This document shows positions 9,501 through 18,670 of a stretch of 64,000 bases of DNA, in pieces. The notes beneath the pieces are model-generated. The model made no database searches. It saw nothing but the letters and a program-made list of their open reading frames with translations, and was not told the origin of the DNA. Position 1 is the first letter of the stretch. Every line of letters starts with the position of its first letter. Source of the stretch: Longimicrobiales bacterium. Lineage in GTDB: Bacteria > Gemmatimonadota > Gemmatimonadetes > Longimicrobiales > Gaopeijiaceae. The position numbers and the translations under genes are program-made. Location: positions 3,200,001-3,264,000 of the forward strand of contig OZ241869.1 of assembly GCA_965202805.1 (NCBI GenBank), written 5' to 3'.

Positions 9501-10547
9501 GAGGATGCGAAGCGCTGCTTGGTAGGCCTGTTGGAGATCGTCCGCAGTCGGACTCTCTGGATACATCGCCGCCACGACGGCGCGGGCAAGCGACGGCATC
9601 ACTTCGCGGTAGACCCGCTCGCGAAGACGACCGCCGAGATCTGCGGCGTAGTCCTCGCTCGTGCGGAGGATGTCTCCGACGCTCCCGCCCTCCGACAGCG
9701 CGGGCGCGGACAGCAGCAGCCAGAGGTAACCGGCGTCATCGCCCGAAAGGAGGTCGAGGTCGATCTCGACGAACGTCTCGGACCGTCCGCGTCGGCCCGT
9801 GCCGACGCCCGGCTTGGCCGGATAGAGGCGGAGCGTGCCGCGCGCCACAGCCACCACCCAGTCCAGGTTCTCCCGGTCGGCTTGGGCCAAGGCGTAGGAC
9901 ACCGGCGACACGCCGTCGAACCTGGGGCTCGCGGAGTCGATCTCCTCGGGCCGGTCGAGAAGGACGGCCACCGCGGTCTTGCGGTCTCTAGCCAGCAGCA
10001 GCATCGCCGGTCCGGGAAGCTCCTCGGTGGCGAACCCGAGACCCTCGATCAGCGCGCGTCCCCGGAGCGCCCGCACGCCGCGCGCCTCCTCGACCGCGAC
10101 CGCCCAGTCGCCGCGCGCCGGAACCCCCCGCTCAAGTTCCTGCATCGCGAAGAGGCCACCGTTGCGCAGGCCCGGGATCGGCGCGTCCAATGCGGGAAGC
10201 AGCCGATGGAGGAGCCGGATCGCGGCGTGCCGTCCATCCTCCTCCAATGCCATGCCGCACACGCCTTCGACCTGCTCGGCCGGCAGGTCCTGATGCTCGA
10301 CCGGGTTGTGCTCGGTCGGGCCGCACACTGCCGCTCGCCCCGCGCCCCATGGTGCCACGATCAGCACCGGCGCGGCGCGGCGTCCGGACCGCGCCCGGAA
10401 CATCGCCCTGAGATCCGCGATCCGGGGCCGCCCGTCCAACGCGACCACGACGACTTCGAGCGCTAGCGGTCCGCGCCCGAGATAGAGGTTGGCCCGGCGG
10501 TCTCCTACCGTAATGTCGCGATGTTCGAGGTGCTCGAGCATGGGCAC
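6534..10547 (-). CDS. Large Eco57I/type IIG-like N6-adenine DNA methyltransferase with C-terminal target recognition domain
   Basis: GSYYTP, motif I DIAMGSGHFL, motif IV NPPW, DLYKAF, TRD-like C-terminus. Stop overlaps the helicase start (ATGA). Start is GTG 10547 or ATG 10541. Confidence 0.9.
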   Translation of the reverse strand: MPMLEHLEHRDITVGDRRANLYLGRGPLALEVVVVALDGRPRIADLRAMFRARSGRRAAPVLIVAPWGAGRAAVCGPTEHNPVEHQDLPAEQVEGVCGMALEEDGRHAAIRLLHRLLPALDAPIPGLRNGGLFAMQELERGVPARGDWAVAVEEARGVRALRGRALIEGLGFATEELPGPAMLLLARDRKTAVAVLLDRPEEIDSASPRFDGVSPVSYALAQADRENLDWVVAVARGTLRLYPAKPGVGTGRRGRSETFVEIDLDLLSGDDAGYLWLLLSAPALSEGGSVGDILRTSEDYAADLGGRLRERVYREVMPSLARAVVAAMYPESPTADDLQQAYQAALRILYRLLFVAYAEDRGLLPLHASRSYREHSLKRIAQRLGEARRKDIEFGEQPFFWAEVTQIWTAVSLGNPEWEVPAYNGTLFASQASVSKLGARIAALSLPDREFARALAALLLDRTAEETEGPVDFRSLGIREFGTIYEGLLESELSLAETDLTVDAKTETYLPARYGDTVMVRAGEVYLHNQSGARKSSGSYYTPAFAVEHLLDRALEPALDEHIERLDGMPDREAGRRFFEFRVADIAMGSGHFLVGAVDRIERRLANYLAGRALPDVREEFARLRRTAAEELGPDWSGDPIEDIQLLRRQVARRCIFGVDMNPMAVELARLSLWIHTFVPGLPLSLLDHNLIQGNSLVGITSFEEASELFQAESGNLFSLVASERLGAIQEPLGKLARLTDANDAEIREARELYARMRRAIQSEQELFTLLTASRTNSSIREAIAEGRVATALDDPGDIFRAQLMDMGHEELKGLDVLHFALAFPHVFLGRRNGFDVILGNPPWEKPRVEEDAFWARHFPGLRSRPQRVQETLKVQYRAQRPDLADRLEAEKDGAASMRHLLTAGGFPGMGTGDPDLYKAFVWRFWDLVSPDGGRIGVVLPRSALAAKGSTAFRKELLASAEVLDLTMLVNNREWVFPNVHPQYTIGLTAITRAKDSRESKLRLSGPYANLKRFRAGVRRAPVTFRAREVEAWNDTASLPLLPSDESVEVFAQLRKSPRLDLNDGVGWRARPHRELDATNDKHVMDVESNECPEGFWPVYKGASFDLWTADTGTYYAWADPARMLGHLQSKRMRANKRSAFAEFDRAWRSDTETLPCLRARIAFRRIARATDRRTVRTSLVPPNTCLTDVAPYFLWPRGDEKDEAYLLGVMTSIPLDWYARRFVETHVDYHVLNPLPVPRPSPQDRRRNRVIALAGRLAALDERFADWAGRIGVEYGPLKAEDKEDLVRELDAVVAHIYGLTEPQLVHIFETFHEGWDHEERLRATLHHFRAWQSDQ

Positions 10548-10716
10548 TGGCAGCAGTCTGGGGTCGGCGGGCTCGGATTCAACCGCCCCAACCTACATGA
10601 CGTGTACGGGGGTGCGCGACTTGGAGTCAGTGCCAGTAGGCCGTCGTCACGGCCACGACGGTCTCCAGTGCTGGATCCTCGGCCCAGGACGATCCGGCAT
10701 ACGAGAAACAGAGCTC

Positions 10717-11797
10717 CTACGCCCAGCGTTGCTTCACATATCCGACGAGATCGGGTCCTTCGAGGGACCGGGTCGAGTTGTTCACTCGGGCGAAGAAGAC
10801 CCTGTCACTCTTGGACACCGTGGCGTAGATCGGTTCGGGTGATGGAGTGACGTGTACGAGGGCGACCTGAATGCCTTTGACAGCCTCCAGTCGGATCCTC
10901 GCCATCGTCGAAACGAGCGGTCCGAGCGAACGCCCGATGGTCGTGGTGAGCGCGCCTACGTAACGGTCCCCGTCCACGTTTTTCTTGTCCAGGTCTGGCT
11001 GGGTCCCAAGGACTTCGCCGTCATCCGCGACACCGATCGTGAGGGTGCCGCCATTGGAGTTGAGGAAGCCCGCGACGGTCTTCAACACGGATTCTGTGAT
11101 TACTCTCTCGTGGACGTTCGGCCTGTAGCTGAGGTACACAGAGGACTTGAACTCGACCCGTTCGGTCTCCATCTCGTCCAAGAGTCCTCGACAGACCACT
11201 CGGGGAGGCCGAACGAGGGAGGCACTGCCTCCTCCTCTGGAACCTGACCCGTGCGGAGCCTGGCGAACGCTGCTCGAACGACCTCGGCGATGAGCACCCG
11301 CCGTTTTGGAGAAAGTCCTGATACTCCGTCTCTTCCCACCCGTCGGGCAAAGCGTGCCAGAACCGAGCTTGTTTCTGCTGCTGCGGCGTAAGCTGCTCGA
11401 AGAGTGCAGGGAAATACTCGCTGGGTGGCGAGTCGCCGATCTTCGCGTTGTCAGGCCATTCGACGAAGGCGGAGTTGGCGATCTGGTTCCGCTGAACGGT
11501 ACGGTCGATACCGATCCGCGTCAGATACGCCTTTGGGAACAGATGATGGCGCTCGACAGCTGATCGAGGAGCGTGGGTGGATGGGTCGAGCAACTCGCCC
11601 AGGTGGAGCGGCGAGAACAGAGGCCGAGCGTTGAGGAGCACGAGGCTGGCAGAGTACGCGAACAGTGTTTCGAGTGAGCTGGGGAGTTGAATGGTCCAGT
11701 AGTCTTCGGTCAGTGCCGTGTCGATGATTCCGCTCGGTGTCGCCATGAAGGCCTCACCGGACTTCGCCTCCGCGATACGGCGGAGATCCTGCTCAAC
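10717..11797 (-). pseudogene. Truncated, frameshifted GmrSD-like (HNH/DUF1524-type C-terminal half) protein fused to a Schlafen/AlbA_2 domain
   Basis: ERHHLFPKAYL...NQIAN...WPDNAKI in one frame, KRRVLIAEVVR in a second, then VEFKSS...LKTVAGFLNSNGGTLTIGVADDG in a third. Frameshifts near 11310 and 11190. N-terminal DUF262 part absent. Confidence 0.75.
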
Positions 11798-12438
11798 TCT
11801 GCGCTTCCCACGGCGCACCGAGAAATGCGGAGCAAGTGGCCATAACCACGATCCGGCGCCACGCCACACACGGAGCCAAACCGGCGCAACGCGTCCTGCG
11901 TGCCTGGCCGAGTCAGCGGACGCCGGTTCCCTCCGTGTTCCCATCGGGAGTCGGTCCCGACGGGAACGCGGAGGTCGTCTTCACGCCGTGGCTGGCGGAC
12001 TGCGTTCGCACGGGCCTGCTTGGGACCCGGCGTTCTCCACCCTAGCCGTACAGATTCGCTCGCATCCTTCGTCCGGCCCTCACTCCGCCTTCCGTCTGAT
12101 TCCATCCGCCTCCGTCCATCTGCGACTTGGCTGTGCCGGCTCGACGACGGCCCGACATCCCGCCGGTTCTCGACTGAAACACTAGCGACGAGTCGGAGGA
12201 CGGCGCCCGCGCCCGCTCCAGCACTTTGAGCGGCCCATGGTGGGCGCAGGTCCTGCGCGGACGCCCCCGGATCCACGGAGAATGCGTCCGCCGAGCCGGC
12301 GGCGAAGCCTTCCACCGATCGCGGCGCGTTCTGACACAACCTGACACGAACTCATCACTTAGCAGATTTCCCAATGGTTGACGCGCTTGCGAACGGCTCC
12401 TCACCGTCCGGCCATGAAGGCGCCGGAACGACACGGCC

Positions 12439-12700
12439 GTGGAGACTCTGGAGCAGCAGTTCAACTCTCGGGTGAGCGCGTTCCTCGGCCGGACGGGCAG
12501 GAAACCCACGACCCTCGGCATGAGGGCGGTGGGCGGACCGGGTTGGCCCGCACGTGCCTGTCGCGCAGCACGATCTACAGGTGGCGGGTCGCGGGACGCT
12601 TCCCCTCGCCGGTCGTCATGGCAGGCGCACCGTGGGCAGGATCGAATCGGACGTGGGCGCATGGACCTGCGAGCGCGCCGTGGAGAGCCGGGGCGGCGGA
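12439..12700 (+). pseudogene. Relics of small phage/ICE regulators (Cro-like fragment and AlpA-like fragment)
   Basis: METLEQQFNSRVSAFLGRTGRKPTTLGMRAVG followed in another frame by LSRSTIYRWRVAGRFPSPV (AlpA signature). Confidence 0.6.
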
Positions 12701-12741
12701 ACGGCCCTCGCCCGCCGACCCCCAGGACGGAGGGAGAGACG

Positions 12742-12879
12742 ATGAGAGCGTTGACGAGAACGCTGCGGTTCGAGTTCCTGGACTCCGTCCCGCCCGAGCT
12801 GGTCGTCCACAACCCGATGGCCATCCTCATCACCTACCTCCAGGCCGACCTGGCGCTCGTGACCGGGGCGTCGCCGTGA
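12742..12879 (+). CDS. Small hypothetical protein or gene relic (45 aa)
   Basis: GGAGGGAG RBS before ATG 12742; stop overlaps the GTG start of the next gene (GTGA). Confidence 0.35.
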   Translation: MRALTRTLRFEFLDSVPPELVVHNPMAILITYLQADLALVTGASP

Positions 12880-13811
12880 TCGCGCACCTGAAGGGCCGCG
12901 AGAAGGCGCTCGAAGCGTTCGGCTGGACGGGCCGCGAGGCCGAGTGGATCGCGCTCGTGTGCCTGCACAGCGGCGTGTTCACCCGCGATCAGATCTCCGA
13001 CTGGCTCGGCATCCACCGCCGCAGCGCCCGCCGGTTCATCCGGGACATGTCGGACCGGAGGCTGGCGGCGAGGGACCGGCTTGCAGGCCGGAGAGTTTGT
13101 CGGATCTACGCGCGGGCGGTCTACCGGGCGCTCGGGGCCGAGGACATCCGCCACCGCCGGATCGCCTCCGTGCCGGTGCTCCTCCGCCGCCTGCTCTCGC
13201 TCGACTACGTGATTGGCCACACCGGCCAGGCGTGGCTCCCGACCGAGCCCGAGAAGGTCGGAGCGTTCGAGGCGCTCGGCATCGAGCGCGCGCTGCTGCC
13301 CGTGCGCGTGTACCGGGGCGGCGGCGGCGATACGCGCCGCTACTTCCCCCTCAAGCTGCCCGTCGCGCTCGATGCCGGAGGCGCGGTGTTCGTCTACGCC
13401 GATCCCGGCCATGACACCGCCTCGGGTCTCCATGCCTGGGGCCGCGCGCACCGGGAACTATGGGGCGCGCTGAGGGACCGGGGCCATCCGGTCGAGGCCG
13501 TCGCCGTCGTCCTGGGCGACGGGGAGTTCGACCGGGCGGAGAAGGTGCTCGGCAACTGGACCTCCCCGGTCCGGTCCACCGGCCGCTCGCGGGCGTCCGT
13601 GACCGGTCGTGAGATCCGCCGTGAGATCGAACGGATCGAACAGGGCATCCGCGACAGGGACGAGAGCGTGATCGAAGAGCACGGCAGCTTCCGGGGCTGC
13701 CTGGCACGGCTCGCCGAACTCCGGGCCGCGCTTCCGACCGCGCCCTCCGAGGCGATGATCGACGGCTTCACGGTGTGGCGTTCGAGCCGGCTGTGGGGGG
13801 ACCTGTTTTGA
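12876..13811 (+). CDS. Hypothetical mobile-element protein (311 aa; N-terminal wHTH-like region, possibly replication/relaxation-related)
   Basis: Coherent ORF from GTG 12876; HSGVFTRDQ...RSARRFI resembles a wHTH; lies between the AlpA relic and the integrase. Confidence 0.6.
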   Translation: MIAHLKGREKALEAFGWTGREAEWIALVCLHSGVFTRDQISDWLGIHRRSARRFIRDMSDRRLAARDRLAGRRVCRIYARAVYRALGAEDIRHRRIASVPVLLRRLLSLDYVIGHTGQAWLPTEPEKVGAFEALGIERALLPVRVYRGGGGDTRRYFPLKLPVALDAGGAVFVYADPGHDTASGLHAWGRAHRELWGALRDRGHPVEAVAVVLGDGEFDRAEKVLGNWTSPVRSTGRSRASVTGREIRREIERIEQGIRDRDESVIEEHGSFRGCLARLAELRAALPTAPSEAMIDGFTVWRSSRLWGDLF

Positions 13812-14243
13812 GCGCCGGACGCGGGCGGGGGTGGCAAGTCCTGCGTGTCCGGTTCACCTTGGGGGTCGCCGGACACGAAATGGCCGTTCGACCGGACACG
13901 GCCCCGGCCGTCCATGTCGCTGGCGCGCTTTCGGTTGCGCTACGGACAGCGGAGCGGGGGTGCCGATTCGGGATCCTCGGAGGTGGCTGGGAGCGACCCC
14001 CCATCTCGGCATGCCTCGATTGGCGCCGGGGTGGATGGAGCCGGACAGCCCCATCCCCCCCGCCGCTGCGGGGTCGCTCCCAGCCAGCAGTCCCTCCGGG
14101 AAGGGTGTCCGGCCGATGAGGCCGGGCACGCCCGCCTTCATCCCGCGAGAGGCACACGCACCGCCGCCGCGACTGGCGGAAACACCCCGCCCGCGCGAAG
14201 TTTCGGGCGCGCAGATCGTGCAGTCCATCATCGGAGGAATCGA

Positions 14244-15416
14244 ATGATGGCACGCACGAAACGAAGTCGGCGCAGCTACGGCGCCGGTGAATGGGGCCGG
14301 AACCGGGTGAGGGTGTTTCCCGACCCGAAGACCGGCATGTTCCAGATCGAGTGGCGAGAGAACGGGCGCAGGCTCACCCGGTCGCTGGGACACCGCGAAT
14401 GGTTGAGGGCGAAGCGGCAGGCGGACGAGTTCGCCGCCGGTTTCGTCGGCCCGGAGCTGAACGGCAAGGCACAAGCGGAGCCCGAGCCGCTCACGCTGGG
14501 AAGGCTTCTTGAAATCTACGGTGAGGAGGTGACGCCCACGAAGGCGGAGACCTCTCAGCGGTCCGACCGGGCCGCGGCGAGGATGTTCCTCCAGTTCTTC
14601 GGGCGGGACCGCAAGCCCTCCACGCTCTCCCAGCGCGACTGGGACCGGTTCATCCGGACGAGGCGCGCGGGCAAGGTCGGACCGAGCGGCAAGCCGGTGT
14701 CCGATCGAACGCTCGAACACGACCTGAAGTTCCTGATCGCCGTGTTCAACTGGGCCGCGAGGTCGAAGGACGAGCGAGGCTGCCTGCTCCTCGACAGGAA
14801 CCCGTTGAAGGGCCTGAAGATGCCCACGGAGAAGAATCCCACGCGGGTGGTGTTGTCCGGGGAGGAGTACCAAGCGCTTCTCGGGGTGTCCCGGCAAGTC
14901 GGCTGGCGATTCCGCGTCGCGCTCGTGCTCGCACACGAAACCGGACACCGGATCGGCGCCATCCGTCACCTGCGGTGGTCCGATATCGACCTCGAAGGCG
15001 GAGTCATCCGGTGGAGAGCGGAGCACGAAAAGACCGGATACGAGCATTGCACGCCGGTGACCGCCGAGGCTCTTGCCGCCTTGAATGAGGCGCGAAGGAG
15101 GAATCCCGGAACCGGGGACACTCCGGTGCTACCCGCGTCCACTGACGCCTCAAGGTGCGCGGGCCGGTCGCTGGTCCGCTACTGGTGGAATCGAGCCCAG
15201 AAGCTCGCGGGTCTGGAACCCCAGCGCGGGAGAGGCTGGCACTCGCTGAGGCGGAAGTTCGCCAGCGACCTGATGGACCAGCCCCTGAAGGTGCTCTGCG
15301 AGTTGGGAGGCTGGAAGACGGCCAAGACCGTGCTTCAGTGCTACCAGAGGGCCGACGAGGACCGGCTTCGGAAGGCGCTCGCGAGCCGCCGCACCGGGGC
15401 GCTCAATCCCGTTTAG
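14244..15416 (+). CDS. Tyrosine recombinase/integrase
   Basis: GGAGG RBS; TGHRIG (catalytic R), HEKT (K), WHSLRRKFA (HxxR), LGGWK (W), LQCY (Y); N-terminal arm-binding-like region. Confidence 0.92.
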   Translation: MMARTKRSRRSYGAGEWGRNRVRVFPDPKTGMFQIEWRENGRRLTRSLGHREWLRAKRQADEFAAGFVGPELNGKAQAEPEPLTLGRLLEIYGEEVTPTKAETSQRSDRAAARMFLQFFGRDRKPSTLSQRDWDRFIRTRRAGKVGPSGKPVSDRTLEHDLKFLIAVFNWAARSKDERGCLLLDRNPLKGLKMPTEKNPTRVVLSGEEYQALLGVSRQVGWRFRVALVLAHETGHRIGAIRHLRWSDIDLEGGVIRWRAEHEKTGYEHCTPVTAEALAALNEARRRNPGTGDTPVLPASTDASRCAGRSLVRYWWNRAQKLAGLEPQRGRGWHSLRRKFASDLMDQPLKVLCELGGWKTAKTVLQCYQRADEDRLRKALASRRTGALNPV

Positions 15417-15500
15417 CGGGAACGAATCGGCGGGAGTCCTGACCGCCAATCCCGTAACCTCAACCATCGCAACACGATGAGAATCTGTTACCTCCCGCCG
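15416..15500. repeat. Short direct and inverted repeats after the integrase; candidate arm-type sites of an att region
   Basis: gcggga at 15416 and within cggcgggag at 15428-15436; inverted copy ctcccgccg at 15492-15500. Confidence 0.4.
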
Positions 15501-15618
15501 TTACGTAAGGGTCAAGGTGTACCGAGACACGTCACATGCCATAAGTTGGGGGGACGACCGCTCGGCTGGACGGCGCGATCGCGGAACCTGAGGAGTCGCG
15601 GACTCGGAGGGAGGAGCC

Positions 15619-16044
15619 TTGAACATCGACACGACCTTCCTGCGCCGTTGCATCGCCTCGCTCGAGCGGGCGGTGGATGGAATCGAACGGAGCGAGGCGA
15701 ACGACGATGTCATGTACGACATTTATCGTGCCGCGTGCGTCAAGGAGTTGGAACTCGTGCTCGAGCAGTCCGGCAAGCTGCTGCGCAAGCGGCTGGCCGC
15801 TTGGTTCGCGAGCAACCGGCAGGCCGACCGTCTCCACTTCAAGGATCTCTTCCGCAACGCTGCACGCCACGACCTCATTGAGCCCGATGCAGTAGAGAGA
15901 TGGCTTCGCTACCGCGACAACCGCAACTACACGGCCCACGACTACGGCGAGGACTTCGCGGAGGCCACCCTCAGGCTGCTTCCGGAGTTCATCGAGGATG
16001 CGAAGGCTCTCGCCGGCATTATCGAGCAGACCAACGATGACTGA
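15619..16044 (+). CDS. HEPN-domain protein (HI0074-like nucleotidyltransferase substrate-binding / HepT-like toxin)
   Basis: RNYTAHDY (Rx4H plus Tyr); GGAGGGAGGAG RBS before TTG start; overlaps the MNT gene. Confidence 0.88.
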   Translation: MNIDTTFLRRCIASLERAVDGIERSEANDDVMYDIYRAACVKELELVLEQSGKLLRKRLAAWFASNRQADRLHFKDLFRNAARHDLIEPDAVERWLRYRDNRNYTAHDYGEDFAEATLRLLPEFIEDAKALAGIIEQTNDD

Positions 16045-16357
16045 TCGGCTGCGCCTCTCGCAACGGCACCGGGACATCCTGCTGGCGTTGCTGCGCAAGC
16101 ACCTGCGGGATACCGAGGTGTGGGCCTACGGGAGCCGCGTCAACGGCCGAGGCCACGACGGCAGCGACCTCGACCTCGTGCTGCGGGGAGCCGGGCGCGA
16201 CCAGATTCCGCTCGCACGGCTGATGGACTTTGAGGACGCGGTCCGCGAGTCGACGATTCCCTTTCTCGTCGAGGCGCGGGATTGGGCGAGGCTGCCGGAG
16301 CGGTTCCAGCGCGAGATCGAGCGGGAGCATGTGGTGCTAGTTGGGCTGAGACGGTAA
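16037..16357 (+). CDS. Minimal nucleotidyltransferase (MNT) antitoxin
   Basis: YGSRVNGRGHDGSDLD matches GSx10DxD. Confidence 0.88.
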   Translation: MTDRLRLSQRHRDILLALLRKHLRDTEVWAYGSRVNGRGHDGSDLDLVLRGAGRDQIPLARLMDFEDAVRESTIPFLVEARDWARLPERFQREIEREHVVLVGLRR

Positions 16358-16369
16358 ACCGGTCCGTCC

Positions 16370-17899
16370 GTGACCTTCCAGCGCCTCGACCTCGCCGCCT
16401 TCGCCGGCTTCCTCGCCCTCGTGGTGGGGGTGTCGCTGTACGCCTCGCGCGGCAGGCGCGACGCGGCGGGCTACTTCCTCGCGGGCCGGAATCTGCCGTG
16501 GTGGCTGATCGGCTTCTCCCTGATCGCCTCCAACATCTCCACGGAGCATTTCGTGGGCATGGCCGGCCGCGGGTACGATCTCGGGCTCGCCATCGCCAGC
16601 TACGAGTGGATGGCGGCGGTCACGCTCGTGCTGGTGGGCCTGTTCTTCCTGCCGCGCTTCCTCCAGGCCGGCATCTACACGATTCCGGAGTTCCTCGAGT
16701 ACCGCTACGACGCGCGCACGCGCACGCTCATGGCGGCGTACATCATGGCGGCTTATGTGCTGGTCGCCCTGGCCACGGTGCTGTATTCCGGGGCGCTGGC
16801 GCTGGAATCCATCTTCGGGCTGGACATCGCGGCGGGCATCTGGCTGATCGGGATCCTCGCCGGTGGCTACACCATCTACGGCGGCCTCAAGGCCGTCGTC
16901 TGGTCGGACCTCATCCAGGGGGTGGCGCTGCTCCTGGGGGGAGTGCTGGTAACGGTGCTCGGCTTTCGCGCGATCGGGGGGCTCGAACCCTTTCTCGCTG
17001 CCGCGGAGGGGAAGCTGCACACCGTCCTCCCCTGGAATCATCCCGAGATGCCGTGGCTGGCCGTCTTCATCGGCGGCCTCTGGATCCCGAACATCTTCTA
17101 CTGGGGCCTGAACCAGTTCATCACCCAGCGAACGCTGGCCGCGCGCAGTCTGGCGGACGCCCAGCGCGGCATCTTCCTGGCCGGCTTCATCAAGCTGCTC
17201 ATCCCCTTCATCATCGTCTTCCCGGGGATCATGGCCGCGGAGCTGTTCGCCGAGCAGGTGTCGAATCCGGATCAGGCGTACCCCGTCATGATGCGCGAAC
17301 TCCTGCCCGCCGGGCTCACCGGGCTCATGTTCGCGGCGCTCTTCGGGGCGGTGATGAGCTCGCTCGACTCGATGCTCAACTCGGCGGCGACGATCTTCAG
17401 TGTCGACCTCTACAAGCGGCATCTGCGGCCGAAGGCCTCATCGCGCAGGCTGATGATGGTGGGGCGGGTGACGACCGCGGTTCTGGCTGTGGTCGCGTGC
17501 CTGTGGGCGCCGCTGGTGGCCCGCGCGGGGAGCGTCTTCGAGTACATCCAGATGTTCTGGGGCTTCATCTCGCCCGGGATCGTGGCCGCCTTCCTGTTCG
17601 GCCTGTTCGTGCCCCGGACGCCGCCGCCGGCGGCCTTCGGCGGGATGCTGCTGGGGGTTCCGGTCTACGGCCTGCTGCTCTGGCTGCTTCCGGAGGTTGC
17701 GTTCCTGCACCACATGGCGATCACCTTCCTCGTGATCTGCGCGTTCATGGGGATGGTGACGCGGGCCCGTCCGCTGGCGGAGGCGCGCACGCTGCCGCAG
17801 TCCGACGCGGCGGTGGATCTGACGCCGGCGCCGGGCGGGCGGCTCTGGGCCGGCGGGGTGATCGCCGGGGCGGCCGTTCTGTACATCGTGTTCTGGTAA
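16370..17899 (+). CDS. Sodium:solute symporter (SSS/SGLT family)
   Basis: YFLAGRNLPWW, ASNISTEHFVG, YTIYGGLKAVVWSD, NQFITQR, MSSLDS; many transmembrane segments. Confidence 0.93.
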   Translation: MTFQRLDLAAFAGFLALVVGVSLYASRGRRDAAGYFLAGRNLPWWLIGFSLIASNISTEHFVGMAGRGYDLGLAIASYEWMAAVTLVLVGLFFLPRFLQAGIYTIPEFLEYRYDARTRTLMAAYIMAAYVLVALATVLYSGALALESIFGLDIAAGIWLIGILAGGYTIYGGLKAVVWSDLIQGVALLLGGVLVTVLGFRAIGGLEPFLAAAEGKLHTVLPWNHPEMPWLAVFIGGLWIPNIFYWGLNQFITQRTLAARSLADAQRGIFLAGFIKLLIPFIIVFPGIMAAELFAEQVSNPDQAYPVMMRELLPAGLTGLMFAALFGAVMSSLDSMLNSAATIFSVDLYKRHLRPKASSRRLMMVGRVTTAVLAVVACLWAPLVARAGSVFEYIQMFWGFISPGIVAAFLFGLFVPRTPPPAAFGGMLLGVPVYGLLLWLLPEVAFLHHMAITFLVICAFMGMVTRARPLAEARTLPQSDAAVDLTPAPGGRLWAGGVIAGAAVLYIVFW

Positions 17900-18031
17900 G
17901 CCCGCCGCCGCCGCCAGTCGTTCGCCCCGGCCTCGCGGGCTGCGAGCCGGGCGCGCCGGCAATACGTTACGATCGTGCATCGGCCCCTGTGACGGGCTCG
18001 AACCCCGCCGCCCGCCCGGAGGAACCATATC

Positions 18032-18619
18032 GTGATCCGAATCGCTGCCGTTTCCGCATTCACCGCGCTCGTTCTCGCCGCCTGCGCTCCCTCGGGAGGC
18101 GAAGGAGGCGAGGCGGCCGCCGACGGGGCCATGACATCGGCTGCGGACGGAGGCGCGACCGCCTCCGATGCCGTACCGTCCGCGGACCACTTGCCATCGG
18201 ACGCCGACCGGGCAGCCATCCTCGCGACCGTCCAGTCGCTCTTCGACGCCCTGGGCGAACGGGACACGGAGTTGCTGACCGCCATCCTGCATCCCGCCAT
18301 CCTGATGCACTCCGTGGAGCGGTCGGCCGCGGGAGAGCGTTCCGCGTCGACGTCGACGCTGGAAGGCATGGTCGCGCGCCTGGAGGCCGATGGGCCGCGC
18401 ATGACCGAGCGCATGTGGGATCCCGAAGTGCGCGTCAGCGGCGATCTGGCGACGGTCTGGACGCCGTACGACTTCTACGTCGGAGAGGACCTGAGCCACT
18501 GCGGCGCCGATGCGTTCATCCTCATGCGTGAAGGCGGCGACTGGCAGATCACGTCGCTGTCCTGGACCCGGCTTCAGCCTCCGGAGTGCGAGCTGCACCC
18601 GGACGGGCCGCCGGGCTGA
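18032..18619 (+). CDS. NTF2-like (lumazine-binding/DUF4440-like) lipoprotein
   Basis: Lipobox LAAC; ATVWTPYDFY...SHCGADAF...GDWQI. Confidence 0.75.
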   Translation: MIRIAAVSAFTALVLAACAPSGGEGGEAAADGAMTSAADGGATASDAVPSADHLPSDADRAAILATVQSLFDALGERDTELLTAILHPAILMHSVERSAAGERSASTSTLEGMVARLEADGPRMTERMWDPEVRVSGDLATVWTPYDFYVGEDLSHCGADAFILMREGGDWQITSLSWTRLQPPECELHPDGPPG

Positions 18620-18670
18620 TCGGGCTTCACCCGGGATTCATCGGATGTCGCGTTCCGGACGGAGAATCAG

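Larger units (their letters stand above)
44..15510. mobile_element. Integrative element / defence island (right part; left boundary not visible)
   Basis: Tyrosine integrase at the right end followed by short repeats; AlpA-like relics; RM-type and defence cargo; IS remnant; several pseudogenes. Host-type genes start at 16370. Confidence 0.65.

Noticed and set aside
3268..10547. Complete DISARM or BREX system
   Set aside because: No DrmA/DrmB, PglZ or BrxC genes in the window.
15417..15618. tRNA or tmRNA integration target
   Set aside because: No T-loop GTTCGA or cloverleaf recognisable.
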